Below the pieces are notes generated by a model that was not told the DNA's origin, searched no databases, and saw only the letters and a list, made by a program, of their open reading frames with translations. Made by a program: the position numbers and the translations under genes. Shown in pieces: positions 1 through 9,311 of a DNA stretch of 25,635 bases. Source of the stretch: Candidatus Altimarinota bacterium (GTDB lineage: Bacteria > Patescibacteriota > Gracilibacteria > JBDHUY01); contig JBDHUY010000020.1 of NCBI GenBank assembly GCA_039809385.1, forward strand, positions 1 through 25,635, read 5' to 3'. Within the stretch, counting starts at the first letter, position 1. Each line of letters begins with the position of its first letter.

Positions 1-285
1 GCAGAGTATATGAGGATAAAGATATGAGGAATGTTTGTATAGATGTATAGTATTTGTTTAGAGGTTAGTATTTCGAATTTAGAAATTTTCTCATCGGGGT
101 GTGGCGCAATTGGCTAGCGCGTCCCGACGTGAGTGTCGGGAAGGCTATGGGTTTAAGTCCTGATGCAGAGTATATGAGGATAAAGATATGAGGAATGTTT
201 GTATAGATGTATAGTATTTGTTTAGAGGTTAGTATTTCGAATTTAGAAATTTTCTCATCGGGGTGTGGCGCAATTGGCTAGCGCG
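1..285 (+). repeat. Tandem duplication with 164-bp period (1-121 identical to 165-285), covering the upstream region and 5' part of tRNA-Pro(GGG); may extend left of the window
   Basis: GCAGAGTATATGAGG... at position 1 recurs at 165; identity runs to ...GGCTAGCGCG (121/285). Confidence 0.95.
95..160 (+). pseudogene. Pseudo-tRNA-Pro(GGG) with anticodon arm replaced by hairpin TCCCGACGTGAGTGTCGGGA; truncated after the T-loop
   Basis: 95-121 equals tRNA 259-285; 122-141 is a foreign hairpin; 142-160 matches tRNA 303-321 with 2 mismatches; no 3' acceptor strand or CCA. Confidence 0.9.
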
Positions 286-335
286 CATGCATGGGGTGCA
301 TGAGGCTGTGGGTTCAAGTCCCGCCACCCCGACCA
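259..335 (+). tRNA. tRNA-Pro(GGG)
   Basis: 77 nt; acceptor CGGGGTG/CACCCCG, anticodon stem CATGC/GCATG with loop ATGGGGT, GGTTCAAGTCC T-arm, encoded CCA. Confidence 0.95.
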
Positions 336-424
336 GAGATTCATGGAAGAGATCATTTTGCTAACGTTCATATATTATAAAACCGTAATGACAAGGAGGG
401 GAAGATATAACAGCATGATAAAAA

Positions 425-434
425 TGGTATAACT
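425..434 (+). promoter_or_regulatory. Possible extended -10 promoter (TGGTATAACT) for tRNA-Pro(TGG)
   Basis: TGnTATAA-like motif ending about 9 nt upstream of the tRNA 5' end. Confidence 0.4.
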
Positions 435-442
435 AACATTAT

Positions 443-519
443 CGGGGACTGGCTCAATTGGCTAGAGTGCCCGCTTTGGGAGCGGGAGGTTCCGGGTTCG
501 AGTCCCGGGTCCCCGACCA
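443..519 (+). tRNA. tRNA-Pro(TGG)
   Basis: 77 nt; acceptor CGGGGAC/GTCCCCG, anticodon stem CCCGC/GCGGG with loop TTTGGGA, GGTTCGAGTCC, CCA. Confidence 0.96.
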
Positions 520-608
520 GTAGGTCAGTTTGAGAGGCGAGTTTGGAGTTTTTACCATTTGATCTTGAAGGAGGTGAATGACTCCAGAGCTTCTTTATAT
601 TAGGAACA

Positions 609-962
609 TTGAGCAACTTTCTTGGAAAATCACCCACGGACGGGGTGCGAATTGGCGTGGGGAATCTGGCTGGGAAAGGCGTTTTTGCCGCCCGGGATTT
701 TAAAAAAGGTGAAACGGTGATTCGGTATAAGCTTACACCTTTGACCGAGGACGAATTTCAAAAACTGCCCGAGTCGGAAAAAATGTTTACGCACATGCAT
801 TGGGGACAGCTGTATCTTTATTCCGAACCGGAACGGTACGTGAATGATTCCGCTACTCCCAATACTGCTCAGGATTTGATAAAACGATGCGATATTGCTT
901 CACGCGATATACTCGAAGGCGAAGAGATTACCTGTGATATGACCAAGGATGATATTGAATAG
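609..962 (+). CDS. SET domain-containing protein (putative lysine methyltransferase)
   Basis: GKGVFAARDFKKGE N-terminal SET motif, RYVNDSATPN (NHS-like box), IASRDILEGEEITCD; start codon uncertain. Confidence 0.8.
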   Translation: MSNFLGKSPTDGVRIGVGNLAGKGVFAARDFKKGETVIRYKLTPLTEDEFQKLPESEKMFTHMHWGQLYLYSEPERYVNDSATPNTAQDLIKRCDIASRDILEGEEITCDMTKDDIE

Positions 963-968
963 TCAACT

Positions 969-1436
969 ATGATAACTTGCAAAAATAACTTCGGTGAAAT
1001 CGTACACCAGCCTAAGGAGAAATTTGTTTTTCGTCCCAGTGTTTACGGATTTATCCGCAATGAAGACCGGATCTGTGTTTTTCGTACCAAGAGCAATGAC
1101 AAAATATGGTTTCCGGGCGGCGGTATAGAGGCAGGTGAAACCAGGCAGGAAGCACTTTTGAGAGAGATTGATGAAGAGACCGGTCTCAAAAATGTGAAAA
1201 TCGGCCGGCTCCTGGGCTCATTTGAGAACTTTTTTTATTATCAACCAAGGAACGAAGCCATGCAGGCTTTTCTGTTTTTTTATGAATGTTTTTCCTTGGA
1301 CACCGCATTAAAAACCAATTCGGAAATTCTGGATGACGAGGCCCAGGATCTGCTATGGTTGCCTATTCGCGATATTACAGCTGATGATATTGCGGATCTC
1401 CCAATAGAGTTGTTCGATCTATTGCAATCTCTGTGA
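969..1436 (+). CDS. NUDIX hydrolase
   Basis: Nudix box GGGIEAGETRQEALLREIDEETGL. Confidence 0.92.
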   Translation: MITCKNNFGEIVHQPKEKFVFRPSVYGFIRNEDRICVFRTKSNDKIWFPGGGIEAGETRQEALLREIDEETGLKNVKIGRLLGSFENFFYYQPRNEAMQAFLFFYECFSLDTALKTNSEILDDEAQDLLWLPIRDITADDIADLPIELFDLLQSL

Positions 1437-1493
1437 CAATCTTCAACAGTAACCGCATGTTTGAGTAGTATCATGCGTTCTATGTCAAAAGGA

Positions 1494-2096
1494 TTAGACG
1501 ATTTTTTGGGTATTATTGCTGATTTTTTCCAGTGTTAATTCCCTAACGCGGGTCACTAATGCGTTAATATTTTTTTGCTGTTTTTCACTGATTCTATAGG
1601 TTACATATTTTTGGCCCGTTTGTGATATCGTCGATTGAAATATGCCTAATGATCGGTTCAAAATATCTGTTAGCGATACGGTTTTTTCCCGTTCTTGTGC
1701 TTCCTGATAAAGAAGTTTCAGGACGTTTATATTGGCTAGTTTGTCAGAATAAATGACGTTCGGGAGTTCGAGTAACGGCTCGATGGCTGGGATTATCTGG
1801 ATGATTTGCGATTCTGTCATAACCGAAAAAAGAATGAGCATATCATTGGGAAACAGGTACAACCTCTGCAAAGCTGCCGGAATACCTTGTTGCTCATTTC
1901 TCCATCCTAAATCGTTGTATCCCCATAAAAGATTGATAAATGTATTGATCGTTAGCCATCTTTCACTTTGAAATAAAGGATATTCCAATAAATTTCGGAT
2001 AGCTGCCCCTTCGTTTGGTTCGGCAATAATAAATGCCGGTTTTTCTTCTGGGAATTCGTTATTTTCCGGAATAGTACTTTCTCCGACCTGATACAT
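1494..2096 (-). CDS. Hypothetical protein
   Basis: Part of the 1494-2327 ORF. The ATG at 2096 (MYQVGEST), just after the DUF2304 stop, avoids the overlap. No motif recognised. Confidence 0.6.
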   Translation of the reverse strand: MYQVGESTIPENNEFPEEKPAFIIAEPNEGAAIRNLLEYPLFQSERWLTINTFINLLWGYNDLGWRNEQQGIPAALQRLYLFPNDMLILFSVMTESQIIQIIPAIEPLLELPNVIYSDKLANINVLKLLYQEAQEREKTVSLTDILNRSLGIFQSTISQTGQKYVTYRISEKQQKNINALVTRVRELTLEKISNNTQKIV

Positions 2097-2107
2097 AGAA
2101 AGCGCAG

Positions 2108-2455
2108 TTACGGATTTTTTAGCTTCGACAACGCTATCGTACGTACCAGTTCGGTGAGTTTTCGCTCCTGATCTTCCATTTTCATTAAGAGCCGTAAATA
2201 GCCGTAAGTAAGTACTACCAAGGCAAAGAAAATCAGCGCGTTGATCCCGCTCTTGATCCCGGTTATTTTCGAAAGCCAGTCGATCGTCACGTCGGGGAAA
2301 AAAGCCACTCCAGAGATTAGGCACCATACTACGATCCAGGCAAATAATTCCCGTCCCGACAGATTTTTACGCAAATAACGTGATACTGCCCGGGTGATCA
2401 TGAGCAAGGCCAAAAGGGGGACAAGCAGCTGATAGAGCGAGAAAGAACCGATCAT
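2108..2455 (-). CDS. DUF2304-family small membrane protein
   Basis: Three hydrophobic segments and the C-terminal motif ERKLTELVRTIAL; adjacent to a DPM1-like GT2, the usual context for this family; start placed at ATG 2455. Confidence 0.85.
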   Translation of the reverse strand: MIGSFSLYQLLVPLLALLMITRAVSRYLRKNLSGRELFAWIVVWCLISGVAFFPDVTIDWLSKITGIKSGINALIFFALVVLTYGYLRLLMKMEDQERKLTELVRTIALSKLKNP

Positions 2456-2464
2456 GTGAATAAT

Positions 2465-2630
2465 GTCAAATATCAAAGTTCAAATGACAGATGAATACCA
2501 AATTTCAAAACTCAAAACGAAGTGATCAATAAAGGTGATAGAAATTTATGCAGTTTTGTTGTTCGGTTTTTTATTTTGGTCTTTGAACTTTGAGTTTATT
2601 TTGTCATTTGGTAGTAGGATTTTGGTTTTC
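2465..2630. repeat. Intergenic TCAAA-rich inverted repeat element
   Basis: TCAAAGTTCAAA 2473-2484 / TTTGAACTTTGA 2582-2593; CAAATGACA 2481-2489 / TGTCATTTG 2602-2610. Confidence 0.75.
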
Positions 2631-2697
2631 ATGCTGGTGGTACAGACCAAGTTTTCTCTCTCCATGATTCGTTCTTCGTGATTCTTGATTCTCATAG

Positions 2698-3372
2698 CTA
2701 TCGCATCAATGATCGTACGACGAGTTTAAAAATCGTCGAAAGGCCCGTAGCAAAGTTTTGGCCTTTACTCAAAGAATATGCGGTATAGCGAACGCTGATA
2801 GGAACTTCACATATCGTGAGTTTGCGGTATACCGCTTCCCGGATCATTTCGCTGCTGAATTCGTACCCGTCCGAGGTAATATTGATCGTTTCAAGAGCTC
2901 TTTCATTCAAGGCTTTCATGCCAGATTGCGTATCGGTCAGATAACGGCCGCTCAGCAAAAATACGACTCCGTTGGCAATGCGATTAAATATTGTTCGCAA
3001 CAACGGAATCCGGTTATTCCGTCCCAAGAATCGCGAACCGATCACCAAGTCGGCTTTTTTTTCCGCCAATGCGGCCAATAGTTTTTCGATATCTTGCGGC
3101 TCGTGCTGGCCGTCTCCGTCGAGTGTTACTGCCACGTCGGCTCCCAGTACTCTGGCCGCTTCCAGGCCGGTTTGTGTGGCCGCCCCGGCGCCGCGGTTAA
3201 TCATATGGCTTACTACGATTGCGCCGGCTTGTTGCGCAATCTCCGCACTGTTGTCACGGCTGCCGTCATCGACGACGATCAAATTTGGATAACCGGCGGT
3301 TTTACAGTCTTCTAAGATCTGCGCCAATCGTGTCGCTTCGTCCTTTACCGGAATAATCACAAAGACCTTCAT
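2698..3372 (-). CDS. Glycosyltransferase family 2, DPM1-like (polyprenol-phosphate sugar synthase)
   Basis: VIIPVKDE, VVDDGSRD, NRGAGAA, LDGDGQH, DTQSGMK motifs; start placed at ATG 3372. Confidence 0.92.
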   Translation of the reverse strand: MKVFVIIPVKDEATRLAQILEDCKTAGYPNLIVVDDGSRDNSAEIAQQAGAIVVSHMINRGAGAATQTGLEAARVLGADVAVTLDGDGQHEPQDIEKLLAALAEKKADLVIGSRFLGRNNRIPLLRTIFNRIANGVVFLLSGRYLTDTQSGMKALNERALETINITSDGYEFSSEMIREAVYRKLTICEVPISVRYTAYSLSKGQNFATGLSTIFKLVVRSLMR

Positions 3373-3450
3373 TTTGGATTGCGTCACAAGTATACTGTGC
3401 GGAGTATAGCGTATTCTGCTGTTCTATACGAGTCATCTTTCTTTAATTGT

Positions 3451-6156
3451 ATGAAACGTTTCCTTGCCCGATTTCTGACGTTTCTGGCCATCGCCTGGAT
3501 CTGTACAATCGTATTTCTGTATTTCTTCGATGTTCGAAGTTCTCTTGAAGGCTGCTTGGAGAGCGAGAGTTGCTTTGCTTTTCCCGGGACATTTCTGACT
3601 GTTACGTGGCGTACCTCCCATGCTTATTATCTTGACCCTCTCCGCCATCTGGCGGGAAACGATCGATTTCCCGGTATCAGTCCTCTACTCGGTATTGTAG
3701 TGATTATGGGCCTTGGTTATATTTTCTGGCTGTGGTATCTGAAGTCGCGGATGTCAAAATCCGATACAGAAGTAAAGGTATCTGCTTTTTTTCTATGGGG
3801 TGTATATGCGGCGCTTTTTTTTCTTGTGGCGTTTCAGTGGTTCTCTTTTTACGATCTACTTAATAAACCGGCTCTGGCTACCGGTATTTTTCAGCATTTT
3901 TTCTTTCAGCAAGGGAGTGTCTTTTTGCTCTTTTTTCCGCTAGCCGGATTTGGCAGGAAGTTACTGAAGTTGTTAGGATTTTCGGTTTCCGAAACCTTAC
4001 CGCTCTTTTTTCTGGCAACGAGTACCGGAACCGGTGCTTTTTTGTTCATACTTTTTTTGTTGGGACTCCTCGGCAGTTTGAGTTTCTGGCCGGTACTGGG
4101 ATTTCTTGTTCTGATCGTTCTTCTCTCTTTTCGTGATATCTGGTTTTTTATACAGGCTGCGGCGCAAAGAACTATTGGGATTGGAAAGGGCGTGCCGCGG
4201 CATCTGAGCGCTTTGTTACTTCTTTTTCTGTTTATCGTTATCGCTCACAATCAGCTGGAACTTATCCGCCCCATGCCGATCGGGTTCGACGACCTGGCAC
4301 TCTATATGAATGTTCCCAAATTGCTGGCCGGTAACGGAAGTCTGCTATCGGGATTCGACGCCTACGGATGGGGGCTTTTCATGAGTTTGGGATTTATCCT
4401 GTTTGGCAGCGCGTCGATGAGTATGGTAATCGCGTTTCTCGGGGGACTGTTGGCGGCAATGGGGCTGTATTTGATAATTCTCCAATACGGACGTCTGAGA
4501 GGAACGGATTCGAAAAATATGCACCTGCCGGCTTTGCTTATTGCGGTTCTGTTTTATACGTTGCCTACCGTGGTATTCCAGTCCGCCAAGGATATGAAAT
4601 TTGATCTAGCGGCTCTATTTTTTTGTATTGCCGGGTTACTAGTACTTTTGATCGCATGGCACCAAGAACGCATTAGCTTTAAAGATGTTTTGTTGGCCGG
4701 TCTCTTCATCGGGACGGCCTTTACGATCAAATATACTGCCTTGTTCTTTCTGGTCGCGGTGATGATCTTGGTGGTTTTTTCGTATATTGGAAAGGAAAAA
4801 GGATATTTTCAGAAAGCATTTTTGGCAGGCATCTTCTTCATAGTAGCCTTTTCTTTGCCGTTTCTCCCCTTTGGTATAAAAAATATAGTTGAGAGCAGAC
4901 TGGATGTTTTACAGTTTGTGCACAGCGTTGCTGTATATATCTCTCTTTCCGCCCTGCAGTATATAACTCATATCGTAACGTTCACCTTATTCATGGGATT
5001 TTTCTTATGTACGAAAATCTTTTTTCCCCGCTTCTGGAAAAGCACATTTGCGATATCGACTGTTTTTCTTATCCTTATTTTGGGACAAATTCCATTGTTG
5101 AGACTTCCGGTCCCTTGGACTATGTCTTTGAGCACAAGCGCCGCAATTGTCCATGCAGATATACAAAAAATACGATCCGGAGCCTTAGTGGCCCCGACTA
5201 TTCTTATCAATCCGCAGTTTACGGCGTTGCCTGATTCCGCGGCGGCTGTTTCAGAACCCAGCGGTGTTCGTGAAGAATTGCAGCGGTATATCGGCTACGA
5301 CGAGGGGTGGCTGCTCTTTCTTTTGTTGCCCTTTCGTGCCACGTTTAACACGACAGTTGTCGGGATGTATGTCGATGCCGGCTATATCTGGCTGGCCTTG
5401 ATTCCAGTTCTTTTTCTACTGGTATGGTTTTCTTCTGCCGCCACTTCGGAAAGGTTTTTGTATTTCAAGCTCCTGACGATTGCCGGAACTGCCTATTGGT
5501 TGTTGTGGCTGTTCATGGCGCAAGGGGTGATCTGGTATGGGTTCGGCGGTTTTGTGTTTTTGGGAATATGGCTTTTCGAACTCCTGCAGATTCTTCGCGA
5601 ATCTACATGGAAGGTAGTTCGGTATTTCGCAGGTACGACGTTGATTCTGTGGTTTTTTGCCGCACTGCTATTACGTACGGCTTTTTTACCCGAACATGGA
5701 GTCCAGATTGATCGGAAAGGGGTGGAGTATGCCCGCGGCATACTTGATGAAAATGCGTATTTTTCTTCCAAAATAGCACCCTACTTGCCGATCATCCGTC
5801 AGGTAAATGAGTCCATGAACGATTCCAAAGAACGGAACTATGTCTATCGTGTCGGAACATTCATCAAATATTTTATCGCCCACAACGACCGCACCGTGTT
5901 TGACGACAATCAGTTGGATACCTTTACCTATCTCCAGCAGGATGGCGACGATGCCAAAACGTATCAGCGTCTGAAGAACGCCGGATTTCGCTATTTTATT
6001 ATAGATACTAATACACCAACCATTGATAAAACTCCGGAACAAAGCCTGATTCGCAAATATGAAAATCTGATCCGTTTTTTGAAAAACAATCCCACGTATG
6101 TGAAGATCGTTCTGGATCAGCCCCAGTTCGGGGTCTTGTTTGCCGAAGTTTTGTAA
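3451..6156 (+). CDS. Large polytopic membrane protein, probable GT-C fold glycosyltransferase (ArnT/PMT-like)
   Basis: Many TM helices, loop motif PIGFDDLALYMNVPK, K-x-D (MKFD) and IKYT motifs; divergent from the DPM1-like GT2; ATG at 3451. Confidence 0.7.
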   Translation: MKRFLARFLTFLAIAWICTIVFLYFFDVRSSLEGCLESESCFAFPGTFLTVTWRTSHAYYLDPLRHLAGNDRFPGISPLLGIVVIMGLGYIFWLWYLKSRMSKSDTEVKVSAFFLWGVYAALFFLVAFQWFSFYDLLNKPALATGIFQHFFFQQGSVFLLFFPLAGFGRKLLKLLGFSVSETLPLFFLATSTGTGAFLFILFLLGLLGSLSFWPVLGFLVLIVLLSFRDIWFFIQAAAQRTIGIGKGVPRHLSALLLLFLFIVIAHNQLELIRPMPIGFDDLALYMNVPKLLAGNGSLLSGFDAYGWGLFMSLGFILFGSASMSMVIAFLGGLLAAMGLYLIILQYGRLRGTDSKNMHLPALLIAVLFYTLPTVVFQSAKDMKFDLAALFFCIAGLLVLLIAWHQERISFKDVLLAGLFIGTAFTIKYTALFFLVAVMILVVFSYIGKEKGYFQKAFLAGIFFIVAFSLPFLPFGIKNIVESRLDVLQFVHSVAVYISLSALQYITHIVTFTLFMGFFLCTKIFFPRFWKSTFAISTVFLILILGQIPLLRLPVPWTMSLSTSAAIVHADIQKIRSGALVAPTILINPQFTALPDSAAAVSEPSGVREELQRYIGYDEGWLLFLLLPFRATFNTTVVGMYVDAGYIWLALIPVLFLLVWFSSAATSERFLYFKLLTIAGTAYWLLWLFMAQGVIWYGFGGFVFLGIWLFELLQILRESTWKVVRYFAGTTLILWFFAALLLRTAFLPEHGVQIDRKGVEYARGILDENAYFSSKIAPYLPIIRQVNESMNDSKERNYVYRVGTFIKYFIAHNDRTVFDDNQLDTFTYLQQDGDDAKTYQRLKNAGFRYFIIDTNTPTIDKTPEQSLIRKYENLIRFLKNNPTYVKIVLDQPQFGVLFAEVL

Positions 6157-6159
6157 ATG

Positions 6160-6390
6160 TTGCTAAAAATCGCAAAAATTCGGTCAGAGTCATTTCTGTT
6201 TGATCAAGAATCGATTTCAAGGTGCCTGGTTGTATGTCTTTATTGTGTATGATACGATGACCCGTACTTTGGGTTTGTCAGGATGCCTAAAAAGATGATG
6301 GCTGCCGGATGACCTATCAATTACAAAACTTTTTTTTGCCAAAATACTCATTACTTGTCTGGGAGTCACTACCGGCAATCGCTTGTTCAT
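6160..6390 (-). pseudogene. hicA: HicA-family toxin, frameshifted
   Basis: From ATG 6390: MNKRLPVVTPRQVMSILAKKSFVIDRSSGSHHLFRHPDKPKVRVIV; after a 1-nt shift near 6245-6250: HNKDIQPGTLKSILDQTEMTLTEFLRFL; ATGA overlap with the hicB stop; 3' end approximate. Confidence 0.85.
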
Positions 6391-6650
6391 ACTGGTTCAA
6401 ATTGTGAATGTGCTTGCTTCCTTTTCAGGTGGTTTACCTTTGAATTAGCTGGAACAGGTTCGCCGTCCGCCTGCAGAGACTCAATGTATAAGCTCATCGC
6501 ATCCTGCGCCATCCATTCAGCTTCCTCCAATGTGTTGCCTTCTGTGACCAGACCCGGCAGAGCCGGACAAGTTACCGTGTAGCCGCCTTCGGGTTGGGGT
6601 TCGAATATGCAAGTGAAAGCGTATTCTCCAGTCGTAATGATCTTTTTCAT
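6387..6650 (-). CDS. hicB: HicB-family antitoxin
   Basis: EGGYTVTCPALPGLVTEGNTLEEA...AMSLYIESLQADGEPVP; start placed at ATG 6650. Confidence 0.92.
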   Translation of the reverse strand: MKKIITTGEYAFTCIFEPQPEGGYTVTCPALPGLVTEGNTLEEAEWMAQDAMSLYIESLQADGEPVPANSKVNHLKRKQAHSQFEPV

Positions 6651-6821
6651 AGATCTCAAAAAACAGAATAATGACACATTTATTCTAATCTTGCTTAATC
6701 CTTTCTCCAGTCAAAAAGAGCAAAATTCGTGAGAATTTATCTTTTGATAATCTTTGTTCTCGTAAAAATATGCAAAAAGGAATGGCCGTATCCTTAAATA
6801 CCCGAAGAAGCCAATATGCTT

Positions 6822-7934
6822 CTATTTCTTCTTCTTCGTATCCAACGCATAAACCGCGCGTCCCACGCGGACGAATTGGGGACAGTTCTGCAGGTTGAGA
6901 GAGATAGTTCCGATCTTAACCTGGCGCTGTTTGAGTACAGCATTGATAATCTCCTGCTTTTTCATCGGTTTGCCGGCTTTAGTCATAATGTCTTCGATCA
7001 CATCCGCCACAGTTCCCGATTTATATCCCCATTCTTTCAGCGCGTACAGTCCGCGTCCCACCAGCACAAATTTCTCGTACCGGATCAATTCGTTATGCAC
7101 CGCCTGGGTCGTGACCGATTTGCGGTCGAACCCGCGGTTGACGATCTGGTTGGCTATTTCGACGAAATGCAGCGGTTCTCCAGCTTCTTTCAACACAATA
7201 TAGGCTTTGTCGCGGATACTTTTGGGATTAATGTGGCGCCATTCCATCAAGCCCCACGATTGCCCTACTTTCTTGAAGCGTCGGTCGCACTCGAGGGCTC
7301 CCGCGATCGTTTGGGGTTTCAGGCTATATTTATGTGATATTTTTGTTATAATCATATCGCACAGATCCTCTTCCAACATTACCGTCTCTTTTGATCGGAG
7401 CAAACCGTAGGCGGTCTGGAAGACCAGATTCAATGCGGGCCGCTCGATCGTATCTTCGTGCCAAAACGGATCGAACTGGAACGATTTTTCCTGTTTTAAA
7501 AGATGATGGTCGACGTTTAACGCAAGCCGAATGATATAGCCGTCCACATCTTCGGGATTATCCAGGTGCTTCAGTACCTCGCTTACAATAATATCTTCGC
7601 GCATCACGCCGCCTTTTTGCGCCAATATCTGGCGGGCTACTTCGTTGATCGACCGCAAAGCGGTATTCGGCAAGATACGTTTCAGTTTGGAAAGAGCGAT
7701 ATTCTCGATCTGGCGTACCCGTTCGCGCGTAATCGAAAATTTCTGACCGATAAATTCCAGTGTACGGCGGGGGCGGTTATCGAGCCCGAAACGCTCTACC
7801 ACGATCGTCCTCTCTTTTTCAGTCAGTACCATAAACATATCTTCCAGGACCGCATTGAGGTTGAGTTTTATTTTTTGTCCGTGCTGTACCGCACCTATTA
7901 CTGCGTTGCTATCCTGAAAACTCGACAGACTCAT
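6822..7934 (-). CDS. Sigma70 region-4 HTH plus HARE-HTH (RpoE/delta-like) domain protein
   Basis: RTLEFIGQKFSITRERVRQIENIALSKL (sigma region 4); C-terminal PLHFVEIA...QAVHNELIRYEKFVLVGRGLYAL and a second repeat FVRVGRAVYAL. Confidence 0.85.
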   Translation of the reverse strand: MSLSSFQDSNAVIGAVQHGQKIKLNLNAVLEDMFMVLTEKERTIVVERFGLDNRPRRTLEFIGQKFSITRERVRQIENIALSKLKRILPNTALRSINEVARQILAQKGGVMREDIIVSEVLKHLDNPEDVDGYIIRLALNVDHHLLKQEKSFQFDPFWHEDTIERPALNLVFQTAYGLLRSKETVMLEEDLCDMIITKISHKYSLKPQTIAGALECDRRFKKVGQSWGLMEWRHINPKSIRDKAYIVLKEAGEPLHFVEIANQIVNRGFDRKSVTTQAVHNELIRYEKFVLVGRGLYALKEWGYKSGTVADVIEDIMTKAGKPMKKQEIINAVLKQRQVKIGTISLNLQNCPQFVRVGRAVYALDTKKKK

Positions 7935-8018
7935 GAGACAAAAGAGTTACAATAGATAAAAACCTGATAAAAATCCTTTACATTTAGCCATTTAATGTGA
8001 TGGTCCGAATCAAAGTTA

Positions 8019-8047
8019 AGATTATGAGGAAATAGGTAAAATGTCAA
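8019..8047 (-). promoter_or_regulatory. Sigma70-type promoter TTGACA-N17-TAATCT for the 7934 gene
   Basis: Minus strand: TTGACA at 8047-8042, 17-nt spacer, TAATCT at 8024-8019. Confidence 0.6.
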
Positions 8048-8210
8048 TAGTTTCCTTTTTCCTTCGTTCTCCCCTTATATTGGGGGAAAAGAGTAATACC
8101 GGAAGCGTAAAAAAGCAACACTTTTTTTATAAATTGACCCCCTTGCCTCTTCGACCTCTCATGGGCTAGTATTTGATCCGGATTTTTTATTTATTACCTT
8201 GTATCGGGCA

Positions 8211-9311
8211 ATGAACATCGTGTGTTTTTTCGACGCCTATTGGCCCGATGTCGGCGGTGCGGAAATTTTGTATCAACGCTTGTGCGAACATTGGGCTCGA
8301 AGCGGGCACCAAGTTACAGTGGTGACCTCGGGGAAACAGAGACAACCTTTCCGGGAAGTGGTAGGAGGCGTAACGCTCCGGCGCGCGCCAAGAGTTCCGC
8401 GCTGGATGCAATCGTTCGCGGGCTATCGTTTGGCCGTGCGAGAGGTGTCTGCAGCCGATCTGGTGGTCTGTTCGACCTACGCCTCCGCTTGGGCGGCCTT
8501 CTGGTTTGCCAGACGCAAAAAACTCAAAACAGTGGTGATCGTTCACGAAGTTTTATACCGCCTATGGAAAAGACTCGTTCCCTTCTCTTTCCTCTACCGC
8601 TGGTACGAAAAAGGAATGTTACGACTCGGCTTCGACCGCTATGTGGCGGTCAGCGATTCTACCAAACAAGAGCTTATCGGTTTGGGGATTGGGGAAGCCC
8701 GGATCGATCTTATTTATAACGGCGTTGATCTGGATCGTTTTACGCCGCGGCCGTTGGATCGTACATTACGTCTTACAGTCGCGGGAAGCACCGATCCGCT
8801 CATCCTGTATTTCGGTCGTCCCGGCGTAACCAAAGGGGTGTCATTTTTACTTCGGGCGGTGGTAGGATTGAGCAATGACTATCCTGGTTTAAAACTTTGT
8901 CTGCTGCTTGGCCGTACTCCGGTATCCGGCTATCGGCGAGTACGGCGGGAAATCAAAAGTCTGGAGCTTACGGAACGTATTCTGCTTCTCGATCCGCTCG
9001 AGCGTAACGTTCTGCCCGATTACGTTAACCTGGCCGATGTCGTGGTTATTCCTTCTCTTTCGGAAGGCTTCGGATTCAGCGCGCTCGAAGCTGCTTCCCT
9101 GGATAAAAAGCTCGTGATCAGCCGTGCAGGCGCTTTGCCCGAGGTGGCGTTTGGACGAGTGACGTGGGTGGAACCGGGCAATGTCGCATCTCTTGCGAAG
9201 GGAGTCCAGAAAAGTTTAGAGAACGACTATGTGGTTGTGGAGCCCAAAAAGTTTTTGTGGGAAGACTGCTTTCAACGGTATGATCGCATTATTAACGAAA
9301 TGTTTGTATGA
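8211..9311 (+). CDS. Glycosyltransferase family 4
   Basis: PDVGGAE, NGVD, FGRPGVTKG, PSLSEGFGFSALEA, GALPEV; ATG at 8211. Confidence 0.92.
   Translation: MNIVCFFDAYWPDVGGAEILYQRLCEHWARSGHQVTVVTSGKQRQPFREVVGGVTLRRAPRVPRWMQSFAGYRLAVREVSAADLVVCSTYASAWAAFWFARRKKLKTVVIVHEVLYRLWKRLVPFSFLYRWYEKGMLRLGFDRYVAVSDSTKQELIGLGIGEARIDLIYNGVDLDRFTPRPLDRTLRLTVAGSTDPLILYFGRPGVTKGVSFLLRAVVGLSNDYPGLKLCLLLGRTPVSGYRRVRREIKSLELTERILLLDPLERNVLPDYVNLADVVVIPSLSEGFGFSALEAASLDKKLVISRAGALPEVAFGRVTWVEPGNVASLAKGVQKSLENDYVVVEPKKFLWEDCFQRYDRIINEMFV

Noticed and set aside
1-335. Possible CRISPR array
   Set aside because: Only two long units, each containing tRNA sequence; no repeat-spacer alternation and no cas genes.
368-637. 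89-aa minus-strand ORF
   Set aside because: Antisense translation of tRNA-Pro(TGG) (VGDPGLEPGTSRSQ); not a gene.
569-703. AGGAGG followed by ATG at 578, opening a short ORF out of frame with SET
   Set aside because: SD-ATG spacing is only 3 nt and the peptide has no recognisable features.
2097-2327. N-terminal extension of the 277-aa ORF
   Set aside because: Overlaps the DUF2304 gene on the same strand in another frame; the ATG at 2096 is more plausible.
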